Shown here: positions 40,901 through 50,076 of the stretch, piece after piece
Position numbering within the stretch: the first letter of the stretch is position 1
Layout: each line of letters opens with the position of its first letter
NCBI GenBank assembly: GCA_030681835.1
Contig: JAUXRN010000193.1
Coordinates: forward strand, 13,506 to 77,505
Length of the DNA: 64,000 nucleotides
From: Actinomycetota bacterium
Lineage (GTDB): Bacteria > Actinomycetota > Actinomycetes > S36-B12
Direction: 5' to 3'
Program-made: the position numbers and the translations under genes
Notes under the pieces: generated by a model
What the model was told of the DNA's origin: nothing
Seen by the model: only the letters and a program-made list of their open reading frames with translations
Databases searched by the model: none

Positions 40901-42418
40901 ATGGCCCCTTGGCGTCCGATCGCCGCCCTACTCGCCTCGACTGCGCTCCTGGCCGGGTGCAGCACACTGGCCAGCTTCTCCTACGAGTCGCATCCTCCCG
41001 AGCCTCGCGGACCGCTGCCCACGGCCAGCGGCCCACTCGCGAACTACTACAACCAGGACGTCGACTGGCACAGCTGCGGTGACGCGGACTGCGCCACTCT
41101 CACCGTCCCCATGGACTACGAGGATCCGGCTGGCCGGACCGTCGAGCTGGCGATGCTGCGGGTGCCGGCCACGGGGGAGTCGTACGGGACCCTGTTCGTG
41201 AATCCTGGCGGCCCGGGCGGCAGCGCCGCCGACTACGCGCGTGCGGCGGACTACATCGCCAGCTCATCGATCCGAGAGCACTACGACATCGTCGGCGTGG
41301 ATCCGCGCGGGGTCGCCAACAGCGACCCGGTGCAGTGCCTCACCGGCGAGCAGGTCGACGGCTTCATCGAGGCCGATGGCACCCCGGACTCGGCCGCCGA
41401 GGAGCAGGAGGCGATCGAGACGTCGAGCGAGATCGGGCAACTGTGCGCGGAGGAGGCGGACGAGATCTATGCCCACATGGGCACCGTCGACGCGGCCCGC
41501 GACATGGACATCGCCCGTGCCGCTGTCGGCGACGAGAAGCTCACGTACCTCGGCAAGTCGTACGGGACGATGCTCGGACAGACATACGCGCAGCTCTTCC
41601 CCGGGAACGTGGGGCGGATGGTGCTCGACGGCGCGCTGCCCACGAGCCTCGACATCGTCGAGACGAGCAAGGGGCAGGCGGACGCCTTCGAGGTGGCCCT
41701 GCGTGACTTCGTGAGCTACTGCCTCGGCCAGCAGTACTGCCCGGTCGCCGGGACCGTCGATGAGGCAGTCGCCCAGTTGCGCGACTGGCTGTCAGCGCTG
41801 GACGCGGCCCCGCTCTACGACGGTGACCGCATCATGAACGAGCCGGTGGCGATGTTCGCGATCCTCTCCTACCTGTACTTCCCGCCGTACGACTACCAGG
41901 AACTGATGCCGGCGCTCGCCTCGGCGATGCAGGACGGCGATCCGAAGCCGTTGCTCAACCTGCTCGACGCACGGATCAGCCGCAACCCCGACGGCACGTA
42001 CGCCGACAACTCCACCGACGCCTTCTATGCGGTGTCATGCCTCGACCGGCCGTTCACCGGGACCGTCGAGGACGTGCGCCGGTACGCAGAGGAATGGGCG
42101 GTGAGCTCGCCGACGTTCGGCGAGGGCCTGGCCTGGGGCCTCCTTCCGTGCAAGGACTGGCCCGCGACGGCGGAGGCACTCGCCGACACGAGCGCCGAGG
42201 GGGCGGCGCCGATCCTCGTGGTGTCGACGCGCAATGACCCGGCCACGCCGTACCAGTGGGGCGTGCAGATGGCGGAGGAGTTGCCCGGCGCCGCGCTGCT
42301 GACGTGGGAGGGCTACCAGCACACCGCCTACACGCAGGGCTCGGATTGCATCGACGACGCCGTCGATGCGTACCTGCTCGACGGTACCCTTCCTGCAGAA
42401 GGCACCATCTGCGAGTAG
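40901..42418 (+). CDS. Lipoprotein alpha/beta hydrolase (TAP-like peptidase)
   Basis: LLAGC lipobox, NPGGPGGS, DPRGV, GKSYGT, DPATPY; start ATG 40901. Confidence 0.92.
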   Translation: MAPWRPIAALLASTALLAGCSTLASFSYESHPPEPRGPLPTASGPLANYYNQDVDWHSCGDADCATLTVPMDYEDPAGRTVELAMLRVPATGESYGTLFVNPGGPGGSAADYARAADYIASSSIREHYDIVGVDPRGVANSDPVQCLTGEQVDGFIEADGTPDSAAEEQEAIETSSEIGQLCAEEADEIYAHMGTVDAARDMDIARAAVGDEKLTYLGKSYGTMLGQTYAQLFPGNVGRMVLDGALPTSLDIVETSKGQADAFEVALRDFVSYCLGQQYCPVAGTVDEAVAQLRDWLSALDAAPLYDGDRIMNEPVAMFAILSYLYFPPYDYQELMPALASAMQDGDPKPLLNLLDARISRNPDGTYADNSTDAFYAVSCLDRPFTGTVEDVRRYAEEWAVSSPTFGEGLAWGLLPCKDWPATAEALADTSAEGAAPILVVSTRNDPATPYQWGVQMAEELPGAALLTWEGYQHTAYTQGSDCIDDAVDAYLLDGTLPAEGTICE

Positions 42419-42427
42419 GGGCACACC

Positions 42428-42610
42428 ATGTGGCGGATCAACCTCGCGCTCATCGCAGCGCTGCTCTTCCTGCTGGCGACGATCTTCGGGGTCGTCTCCA
42501 TGGTCACGGGCGACGGCGGCTGGCTGCCGATCGTCTTCCCGGCCATCGCCTGCGTCGCGTTGTTCGTGTACTGGGTGCAGTTGCGCAACCGCGCGTCCCG
42601 CGGCCAGTAG
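42428..42610 (+). CDS. Small two-TM membrane protein
   Basis: 60-aa hydrophobic ORF with host-like codons, directly after the peptidase. Confidence 0.65.
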   Translation: MWRINLALIAALLFLLATIFGVVSMVTGDGGWLPIVFPAIACVALFVYWVQLRNRASRGQ

Positions 42611-42749
42611 GCCGCCATCCCTTAGGGACGTTCATCCGTCAGCGAACAGCCGCGGCGGCTGTTTGCGCGTTCAACTTTCCCGGCACTACGGTTCAGGTGC
42701 GCGTCTAGGTGACCCCGTCCGGCGCGCTTCCCGAGCACAGGAGACCCCC

Positions 42750-44249
42750 GTGACTGCCACCGACCCCGCCGCGACCTCGACCGCCGCCGACGCAGCCCCG
42801 GCTGGGCTCGAGCCGGATCCGCTGCGCTGGAAGGCGCTCATCGTCATCGCGATCGCCCAGCTGATGGTCGTGCTCGACGCGTCGATCGTGAACATTGCGC
42901 TCCCGTCGATCCAGGCCGACCTCGGCATCAGCGACACCGACCGCCAGTGGGCCATCACCGCCTACACGCTGGCGTTCGGCAGCCTGCTGCTGCTCGGCGG
43001 CCGCATCGCGGACTTCGCCGGCCGCAAGCGCGTCTTCATCATCGGACTGATCGGCTTCGCCGGGGCCAGCGCACTCGCGGGCCTGGCCACCACTCAGGGG
43101 CTGCTGTTCGCCGCCCGTGGCCTGCAGGGCGTCTTCGCGGCACTTCTCGCGCCTGCCGCCCTCTCGCTCATCAGCGTCACGTTCACCGACTCCAAGGAGC
43201 GGGCCAAGGCGTTCGGCGTGTACGGCGCCCTCTCCGGCGGCGGGGCTGCCATCGGACTGGTCGTCGGCGGCATCCTGACCCAGTACACGTCGTGGCACTG
43301 GACCATGCTCATCAATGTCCCGATCGCGATCATCGCGGTGCTCCTGGCCATCCCCTACGTGCGGGAGTCCCGTGCGCACGGCAACACCAAGTACGACATC
43401 CCCGGCGCGATCACCGCGACTTTCGGCCTGTTCTGCCTCGTGTTCGGCATCTCCAAGTCGGAGACCGACGGCTGGAACGGCACGACCACGATGACGTTCC
43501 TGGGGATCTCCGTCGTCATGCTTTTCCTCTTCCTGTTCATCGAATACCGCTCGACGCACCCGCTGCTCCCGCTCAAGATCGTGCTCGAGCGCAACCGCGG
43601 CGGCGCCTTCCTCGCCTCGTTCTTCGTCGGCATCGGCATGTTCTCGATGTTCCTGTTCATCTCCTACTTCTTCCAGGCCGTCCTGCTCTACTCCCCGCTC
43701 ACCAGCGGCTTGCTGTTCCTGCCGTTCTCGGCCGGCATCATCGTCAGCGCCGGCATCGCCAGCCAGTTGCTGCCACGGTTCGGGCCCCGCTGGGTGACGT
43801 TCACCGGCTTCATCCTCGCGATCATCGGCATGGCCCTCTACCTGCGCATGACGGCGGAGACGACCTACATCAGCGGGATCCTGCCGTCGATCATCATCAT
43901 GAGCCTGGGCATGGGCCTGATCTTCGTCCCGCTGTCGGCCACCGCGCTGTTCGGCGTCGGAGACCACGATGCGGGCGTTGCCTCGGCGGTGCTCAACACC
44001 AGCCAGCAGATCGGCGGGTCGATCGGCATCGCCTTCCTCAACACCATCGCCGCCGGTGCGACCGCGGCTTTCGTGGTGGCGAACAACCTGCAGGCCCCGA
44101 GCGCCGAGGCCCTCGTGGAGGGCTTCACCACGGCGTTCATGTGGAGCGTGGGGATCATGATCGTCGCGGCGATCGTCTGGGTGACGCTCGTGCGCATGAG
44201 CAAGGACGACATGGCGGCCAACGACGCGGTCCCCGCCGTCGGCCACTAG
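42750..44249 (+). CDS. DHA2 MFS transporter
   Basis: MVVLDASIVNIALP, GGRIADFAGRKR; AGGAG RBS before GTG 42750. Confidence 0.92.
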   Translation: MTATDPAATSTAADAAPAGLEPDPLRWKALIVIAIAQLMVVLDASIVNIALPSIQADLGISDTDRQWAITAYTLAFGSLLLLGGRIADFAGRKRVFIIGLIGFAGASALAGLATTQGLLFAARGLQGVFAALLAPAALSLISVTFTDSKERAKAFGVYGALSGGGAAIGLVVGGILTQYTSWHWTMLINVPIAIIAVLLAIPYVRESRAHGNTKYDIPGAITATFGLFCLVFGISKSETDGWNGTTTMTFLGISVVMLFLFLFIEYRSTHPLLPLKIVLERNRGGAFLASFFVGIGMFSMFLFISYFFQAVLLYSPLTSGLLFLPFSAGIIVSAGIASQLLPRFGPRWVTFTGFILAIIGMALYLRMTAETTYISGILPSIIIMSLGMGLIFVPLSATALFGVGDHDAGVASAVLNTSQQIGGSIGIAFLNTIAAGATAAFVVANNLQAPSAEALVEGFTTAFMWSVGIMIVAAIVWVTLVRMSKDDMAANDAVPAVGH

Positions 44250-45352
44250 GGGCGCAGCGCGGCCCGGGCGAACGGCGCGACGGGCAGCGCGACCACGAGC
44301 GGCGCCTCCTGCCATGCGGTGGTGTCCTCGTCGAGGAACCGCAGGACGCGCGGCGCCCCGACGCTCTTGAACATGCGGCCGAACGCCTCCTCGACGGAGT
44401 CCGGGTCGTGCTCGATGACCCGGAGCAGCACGTCGTCCAGCCACCGGCTTCGGGGACGGGACCGGGCAGCGACCCTCGGGTCGCGGTCCTCGACGAGCGC
44501 CCTCACGATCGCCGCGCTGTGCCGCTGCACCCGGTCGAATGCGTAGCCGGTCGATGGCTTGAGCCGGCCGGCCCGCCGGCCGATCGGGACCACGCGCGGG
44601 GCCGGTCCCTGCAGCATCGGCCGCAGGGGCAGGCGCCCTTCCTCGCGGGCAGTGATGGCGTGCCCAGCAAGGCCAAGGACGTCCGTGCAGTACCGGGCCA
44701 ATCGAGCGGAAGCGTCATTGACCGGCCGCCACGTGATCTCGGCCACCTCCACCAGCGCCTGCCGCGGGCCGAACGGCAGCAGGTAGGCGAAGGCCAGGCG
44801 GCCTGGCTCCGCGACGCGGAAGTCCATGAAGGTCGCAACCGCCGGATCGAAAGCATCGGACTCGGACTCAATGTGCCAGCCCAGGAAGGAGAGCCACGGG
44901 CCGACACCCTCGTCCGGCGGCGGGCGGCTGTCGAAGGCCCACGACGCCGTGTGCTCCCTGCCGTCGACCACCACCGTGGCACGGCCGGGACCTCCCACGA
45001 CGGCCTCCGCATGACCCTCGACCGATGCGAACCCGGCTGCGGCCATCCGAGCGCGGGCGACACGGGCAACCTGCCTGCCCGAGATGCAGTGGTAGGAATA
45101 GGGCGATGTCGGAAGCTCCCGCCTGCGGCCGAGCGCGTGCACGGCCAGCCGGTCCCAGGTGCCCCGCAAGGGGACCCGCCGCCACCGTGGATCGGTGGAC
45201 CAGAACGCCCAGGAGCAATCGGAGATGTCGCGCCTGCCGTCGTCGACGACCAGCACCCGCCGGGACGCCCAGGGACTCGAGGCGAGGCGGTTGGCGAGCG
45301 AGAGCCCGGACAGGCCGGCGCCGACGATGATCGCGTCGTAGTCGCCGGACAC
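44246..45352 (-). CDS. Lycopene cyclase family flavoprotein
   Basis: IVGAGLSG, WAFW, FMDFR, FAYLLP, KPSTGYAF. Confidence 0.82.
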   Translation of the reverse strand: MSGDYDAIIVGAGLSGLSLANRLASSPWASRRVLVVDDGRRDISDCSWAFWSTDPRWRRVPLRGTWDRLAVHALGRRRELPTSPYSYHCISGRQVARVARARMAAAGFASVEGHAEAVVGGPGRATVVVDGREHTASWAFDSRPPPDEGVGPWLSFLGWHIESESDAFDPAVATFMDFRVAEPGRLAFAYLLPFGPRQALVEVAEITWRPVNDASARLARYCTDVLGLAGHAITAREEGRLPLRPMLQGPAPRVVPIGRRAGRLKPSTGYAFDRVQRHSAAIVRALVEDRDPRVAARSRPRSRWLDDVLLRVIEHDPDSVEEAFGRMFKSVGAPRVLRFLDEDTTAWQEAPLVVALPVAPFARAALRP

Positions 45353-45390
45353 GGAAGCACCGTAGCGAGGTGCTGGTCACGTACGCGAGG

Positions 45391-46437
45391 TCAGGCGGGC
45401 GGGCCCCCAGCCGCGAATTCGTCGATCTCCGCGAGGATTCGCGCCTTCGTCCCGGGGGGTGCCAAGGAGGCGAGGACCGACTCGCGGGCCAGGCCGGCCA
45501 GCCCCTCGGCGTCGATGCCGAAGACCTCATGCGCGATCGCGAACTCGCGGACAAGGTCGGTATCGAACATCCCCGGGTCGTCCGTGTTCAGCGTGACCCG
45601 CACCCCCGCGGCCCGCAGGACGGGGAAGGGGTGTTCCGGCAGCGATGCCACGGCACGCGTGCGCACGTTCGAAGTCGGGCATACCTCCAGCACGATGCCT
45701 CGCTCGACCAGCTCTCGTATGAGGGAGGCGTCCTTCGCGGCGGCGATGCCGTGGCCGATGCGCACGGCGCCGAGGGCGTGGATGCTCTCCCGGATGCTCT
45801 CCGGGCCCGTCGTCTCGCCGGCGTGCGGGACGCTGGCCAGGCCGATCTCCCGGGCCCGCCGGAAGTACGGGGCGTAGTCCCGTCGAGGGAGCCCGTCCTC
45901 GGGCCCGCCGATGCCGAACCCGGTGCTGCCGGCCGGCATGAACTGCTCTGCCCAGGCGATGGTGCGCTCCGCCCCGGCGTGGCCGTCCATGCCGTTGATG
46001 TCGTACGTGAACGCGATTTCCACGTCGTGCATCGCGAGCGAGTCGGCCCGTCCACGGGTGAGGGCTTCAGCAAGTGCGTCGGGCTCGATCCCGGCCTGCA
46101 GGTGGCTGTCGACCGTCACCGTGACCTCGGCATAGCGGACGTTTACCCGGGCGAGGTCACGACCGAGCCCGGAAACGAGCGACTGGACGTCGTCCGCCGA
46201 CTTCACCAGCCTGTTCACGTCCATGTAGACGCGGATGAAGTGGTCGAAGTCGGTGAACCGGTAGAACTCGCGCAGCGCGGCGTCATCCGTCGGGATGCCC
46301 TCGTGCGGGTGGCGGCGGGAAAGTTCGAGGATCGTCTCCACCGAAGCCCCGCCTTGCAGGTGCACGTGCAACTCGGCCTTCGGCAGGCCGGCGATGAAGC
46401 CGGCCATGGCGGAGGCACTGGCGGCATGCTCGCTCAT
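45391..46437 (-). CDS. add: Adenosine/adenine deaminase
   Basis: PKAELHVHL, HAGE, RIGHG, CPTSN, NTDDP. Confidence 0.92.
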   Translation of the reverse strand: MSEHAASASAMAGFIAGLPKAELHVHLQGGASVETILELSRRHPHEGIPTDDAALREFYRFTDFDHFIRVYMDVNRLVKSADDVQSLVSGLGRDLARVNVRYAEVTVTVDSHLQAGIEPDALAEALTRGRADSLAMHDVEIAFTYDINGMDGHAGAERTIAWAEQFMPAGSTGFGIGGPEDGLPRRDYAPYFRRAREIGLASVPHAGETTGPESIRESIHALGAVRIGHGIAAAKDASLIRELVERGIVLEVCPTSNVRTRAVASLPEHPFPVLRAAGVRVTLNTDDPGMFDTDLVREFAIAHEVFGIDAEGLAGLARESVLASLAPPGTKARILAEIDEFAAGGPPA

Positions 46438-46455
46438 TCGGCGACCCTATTGCCC

Positions 46456-46516
46456 GCCGACCTTGAGGTTGGCGCCGCTGCGCGGCGCGAAATCGCGCGC
46501 CAAGCTCAAGGTCGGC
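46456..46516. repeat. Solo REP-like palindrome
   Basis: GCCGACCTTGAGGTTGGCGC-N21-GCGCCAAGCTCAAGGTCGGC, 19/20-bp arms, between divergent genes. Confidence 0.8.
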
Positions 46517-46556
46517 CGGCGGGAACCACCGCGCCGCCTCGCCCGTCGGAGGGACC

Positions 46557-47027
46557 ATGAAGCCCTTCCGCGTCCTTGCCCTGGCGATTGCCGCCCTCCT
46601 CGTGCCCGTACTCGCCGCGTGCGGTTCGACGTCGTCGGGCTCGTCCGACGCCGCATCGCCGGACGTCACCATAGGTGCCCAGCCGACCGGTGGGGCTGAC
46701 CTGGCCGGCACCTCATGGGTCCTCGCTGACGGACCCCTCTCGACGCAGGACCTGGCCAGCAAGGGGATCACCATCGAGTTCGCCGACGGCCAGGTCTCCG
46801 GCAACAGCGGAGTGAACACCTACTTCGGGGGCTACACGTCCACCATCGACGGCACCCTGGCGTTCGATCCGCTGGCCAGCACGATGATGGCCGGTGACGA
46901 GGCCGCCATGGCCCTGGAGCAGGAGTACCTCGCCGCACTGCAGTCGGCCTTCGGCTACTCGATCAGCGACGGGACTCTCACCATCTTTGGTGCAGCCGAC
47001 CAGGTCCTCACCTACACGGCGAAGTAG
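46557..47027 (+). CDS. META-domain (HslJ-like) lipoprotein
   Basis: LAAC lipobox; LAGTSW, VSGNSGVNTY, LASTMMA. Confidence 0.85.
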   Translation: MKPFRVLALAIAALLVPVLAACGSTSSGSSDAASPDVTIGAQPTGGADLAGTSWVLADGPLSTQDLASKGITIEFADGQVSGNSGVNTYFGGYTSTIDGTLAFDPLASTMMAGDEAAMALEQEYLAALQSAFGYSISDGTLTIFGAADQVLTYTAK

Positions 47028-47135
47028 AACGCGTCGCACTCTGGCGGCGCTTCAGGGCGGTTCGGATCGCCTGGTGAGGCCTTGTACCATTGGCAGGCTT
47101 CCGGCGAAGGCCGCAAGGAACCACGCGGGAAGCAC

Positions 47136-47210
47136 GCCGCCTTAGCTCAGTGGTAGAGCAACGCACTCGTAATGCGTAGGTCCGGGGTTCAAGTCCCCGA
47201 GGCGGCTCCA
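47136..47210 (+). tRNA. tRNA-Thr(CGT)
   Basis: Cloverleaf: GCCGCCT/AGGCGGC acceptor, GCTC/GAGC D-arm, ACGCA-CT-CGT-AA-TGCGT anticodon arm, CGGGG-TTCAAGT-CCCCG T-arm, encoded CCA. Confidence 0.98.
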
Positions 47211-47212
47211 CG

Positions 47213-47241
47213 CGAAAGTTGTTGGTATTAAACAACTTTCG
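47213..47241 (+). terminator. AT-rich hairpin directly after the tRNA (terminator-like or att-associated)
   Basis: CGAAAGTTGTT-GGTATTA-AACAACTTTCG, perfect 11-bp arms; no U-tract. Confidence 0.5.
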
Positions 47242-47278
47242 GGGTTCTGAGGTCAAGTTGGCGGAGCGCAATATCTGC

Positions 47279-47388
47279 CTTTCGCCCTTTCTTTCGCCCT
47301 TTCTTTTCTGACCGGGCACCCTTTCGCCCTTTCGGGTAAGGGCGGTGATTCGGCGTGTCCTGGCCGAAAGGGCGAGGTTAGGGCGAAG
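47279..47388. repeat. Integrase arm-type site candidates
   Basis: CTTTCGCCCTTT at 47279, 47291 and 47321; inverted partial copies at 47338, 47366 and 47380. Confidence 0.75.
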
Positions 47389-47504
47389 CCGTGGTCCTTG
47401 ACGCGCTGCCGAAGGATCATGGCCAGCGATGGCTGAAAGGCGTGCATCACTCAGTTGGGTGCCGGGGTCTTCACCCTGAGGGTGCGTGCGCTCGTTCGGT
47501 GGTG

Positions 47505-48830
47505 TCAGTCGAACAGGTGGCGTGACTCGTCGGGGTAGGCGAGGGACCATGCCGTCCATAGTGCGTCGATTCGTTCTGCCAGCGTGAGGTTGTGGTTCAC
47601 ACGCAGGGCTGCGCGAGCGGGATCCTGGCTCTTCTCTGACTGCGCCCTTGCGTAGTAGCGGTTGGTCGTTTGCACGTCGGCGTGGCGAAGGAGGGCGGCG
47701 GCTTCGTAGGGGGTGCCGCCGCTGTCGACGACGACGCTGGCGGCATAGGCGCGCAGATCCTTGATCTTGATAGCCCGGCGGCGGGGGTCCAGGGTCGGGG
47801 CGTTCGGATCGCCGTCGAGCCCGGCGGCCTTCCGGGCGGGCTGCCAGACTCGTTGGGTCCAGTTCGTGTGGTCGATCGTCATCGTGGGCTTGCGGCCGTG
47901 CCCGAACCTTGTGGGCGTGAACAGCAGGTCGCCACCGATGCGATCCTCGATGATGCGGTCCTCGGCCAGGTCGAGCAGCGCCGACCACAGAGGAGTGGGG
48001 AGCGGGACGACATCCGCGTTGCCGCCCTTGACTTCCTCGACGACCCACGCGCCATCGCTCATGCTCCAGGTGAACACTCGGCGCACGCTCAGGCGCTGCC
48101 GGTTTGGCCACACGTCGCCGACGGCCAGGCTGATGGCCTCGCTCCAGCGCAGCCCGGCCCAGGCCATGAGCAGGATCAGGAGCCGGTCCTCGCGTCGCTC
48201 GGGGTGGGACGCGAGCAGGGCCAGCTCCTGCCAGGAGGGCAGCAGCACGGGGTCGACGGTTGCGCGCCGACCTCTGCCTGACTTGGTGGATACGCGGCGA
48301 ACTTCGCGGGCGGGGTTGAAGGCCAGCCGGCCTTGCCGGACCTCCCAGGCGAGGGCGGCCCGGACGAGGGCGTAGGCCTTGGTGACACGGGGGTGGGAGT
48401 GCCCGAGGCGATGCAGGTCGCGGAGCCAGGCGTCGAGGAGTGGGCTGTCGATGTCCTTCACGGGGCGCAGGCCGAGGTTGTCCGGACCCTTGCCGATTAC
48501 ATTCTTGAGCAGTTCGGTGTAGTCGCGGATGGTGTTGACCGCGATGGGGTCGAGCCCGTCGTTGGCGCGGTCGGTCGTGTACTCGGTGATGAGCTGGGCG
48601 AGGCGCCGCACGGGTCCCCTGTTGGCGGGAGCGGGCTTGGTTGATCGTCCTCTGTCGAGGTCCGCGATGGTCTCGTTGAGAGCGCGGCGTGCTTCCGTGG
48701 CGGACGGGAAGCTGCCCTTGATGGCCCGTCGTGCGGGGTCGAGCCGTGCGGGAAGTCGGGCTCGCCACGACCCGGATCCCTTGGGATCCTCGCGGACCGA
48801 GCCCTCGGTGCCTCCCTGGCGTCGTCCCAT
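47505..48830 (-). CDS. Tyrosine recombinase/integrase
   Basis: N-terminal arm-binding-like segment (GSV...WRAR), AGLRWSE, KDLRAYAAS, LLRHADVQTTNRYY; GGAAAG RBS before ATG 48830. Confidence 0.92.
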   Translation of the reverse strand: MGRRQGGTEGSVREDPKGSGSWRARLPARLDPARRAIKGSFPSATEARRALNETIADLDRGRSTKPAPANRGPVRRLAQLITEYTTDRANDGLDPIAVNTIRDYTELLKNVIGKGPDNLGLRPVKDIDSPLLDAWLRDLHRLGHSHPRVTKAYALVRAALAWEVRQGRLAFNPAREVRRVSTKSGRGRRATVDPVLLPSWQELALLASHPERREDRLLILLMAWAGLRWSEAISLAVGDVWPNRQRLSVRRVFTWSMSDGAWVVEEVKGGNADVVPLPTPLWSALLDLAEDRIIEDRIGGDLLFTPTRFGHGRKPTMTIDHTNWTQRVWQPARKAAGLDGDPNAPTLDPRRRAIKIKDLRAYAASVVVDSGGTPYEAAALLRHADVQTTNRYYARAQSEKSQDPARAALRVNHNLTLAERIDALWTAWSLAYPDESRHLFD

Positions 48831-48938
48831 GGTGCTTTCCTTTCGGTTGCTTCGAGGTGTCAAGCACACGCCCACGAGAGCTCTCTGAGGCGTCTGGTGC
48901 GGGATCTGTGGACGGCCGGCCAGGTCGTGTGGATGGCG

Positions 48939-49166
48939 CTAGCCGGACTCACCGCGCTCGGATCCGGCGAAGGCAGTGATGTCGGCGTGCGTGTACCGGA
49001 CGAGCCGGCCGATGCGCCGGCAACGCAGGTCTCCGGTCGAGGTCAACTGGCGCACGAGGGTCGGCGAGATCGCCAGGCAGCGGGCCACTTCCTCCGCAGT
49101 GAACAGCACGCGTGGAAGCGTGACCGGGAGTGCATCGTGATCGGGTGACACTGCGGTGCCGGACAT
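48939..49166 (-). CDS. Excisionase-family HTH protein
   Basis: LFTAEEVARCLAISPTLVRQLTSTGDLRCRRIGRLVRY; immediately upstream of the integrase. Confidence 0.85.
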   Translation of the reverse strand: MSGTAVSPDHDALPVTLPRVLFTAEEVARCLAISPTLVRQLTSTGDLRCRRIGRLVRYTHADITAFAGSERGESG

Positions 49167-49168
49167 CG

Positions 49169-49975
49169 CTACACCGCGATCCGCTGGCCGGCGTCGATGC
49201 CGTCGATGCCCGGCGTCGGGTGGTGCCCGGCGTGGGGGGCGTGCTCGACGGCGCGGGTGCGGGCGTGGTCGAGGTGGGCGAGGGCGTGGGTGTGCTGGCG
49301 GGCGGCGTGGCCCATCGCGGCGACGGCGGCCTTCAGGTAGTCGATGCGGGCGTCGAGCATGCCGGACTGGGGCGGGTCGGCGTCCATGCGGTCCAGCCAG
49401 CCGGCCACGTGCGCCATCGGGGAGTTGGACATCACCCGGGGCGGCAGGCCGGCGTCGTTGCCGATGACTGGCTGCCCGCCGGGGCTGGCTGCCGCGGCGA
49501 TGTGGTGCGCGTGGGCGCGCACGGCGTGGCGGGTGGGGGTGATGCCGGCGGCGAGCAGGGCGTGGATGCAGGTGGTGACCTGGGCCTGCTCGAGGGTGAA
49601 GTCCACGCGCAGCCCGGACGCGGCGAGGCGGGTGGCGGCGATGGCCTCGGTCGCGGCGATGCGGCGCAGCAGCCGGGCGGCGTCGGGTTCGGGGATGCCG
49701 CGGGTGGCGGCGAGCTGCGCGGGGCTGGGGAACGGGTGGCCGGGGGGCACGGCGTCGGCGACGGGCCAGCGCAGCACCTCGTGCAGGAGGGCGTCGCCGT
49801 GGGCGATGACCTCGGGGTGGGGGTGGGCGGCGGTGCGGTCGGCGGCGCCGGCGAGGGTGCGGGCCAGGGCGTCGAGCAGGTGCGGGTCGTGGTCGGCGTA
49901 GATCGCGGCGGCGAGGAGGTCGGGGTCGGCGTGGCGCAGCGCGGTGAGGATGTCGGTGATGTCCAGGGGGTGCAT
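49169..49975 (-). CDS. Hypothetical protein with possible degenerate GntR-like wHTH
   Basis: AGGAG RBS, host-like codons; PPGHPFPSPAQLAATRGIPEPDAARLLRRI. Confidence 0.6.
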   Translation of the reverse strand: MHPLDITDILTALRHADPDLLAAAIYADHDPHLLDALARTLAGAADRTAAHPHPEVIAHGDALLHEVLRWPVADAVPPGHPFPSPAQLAATRGIPEPDAARLLRRIAATEAIAATRLAASGLRVDFTLEQAQVTTCIHALLAAGITPTRHAVRAHAHHIAAAASPGGQPVIGNDAGLPPRVMSNSPMAHVAGWLDRMDADPPQSGMLDARIDYLKAAVAAMGHAARQHTHALAHLDHARTRAVEHAPHAGHHPTPGIDGIDAGQRIAV

Positions 49976-50003
49976 GGCGGCTCCTGACGAAAGTGCTCCT
50001 GTC

Positions 50004-50039
50004 AGGTCAACGCGATTGCCCGCTCACTGTGACGCATTC
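50004..50039 (-). promoter_or_regulatory. Shared bipartite promoter-like motif, copy 1
   Basis: Minus strand GAATGCGTC-N14-ATCGCGTTGACCT upstream of 49975. Confidence 0.6.
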
Positions 50040-50076
50040 ACCGCCCCCGCCTCACGCAGAAGCCATCCCGGCAGGG

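Noticed and set aside
42947-45877. 976-aa plus-strand ORF
   Set aside because: Off-frame or antisense to the MFS, lycopene cyclase and add genes
47008-48867. 619-aa minus-strand ORF overlapping the integrase and tRNA
   Set aside because: Alternative frame of the integrase gene that runs through the tRNA
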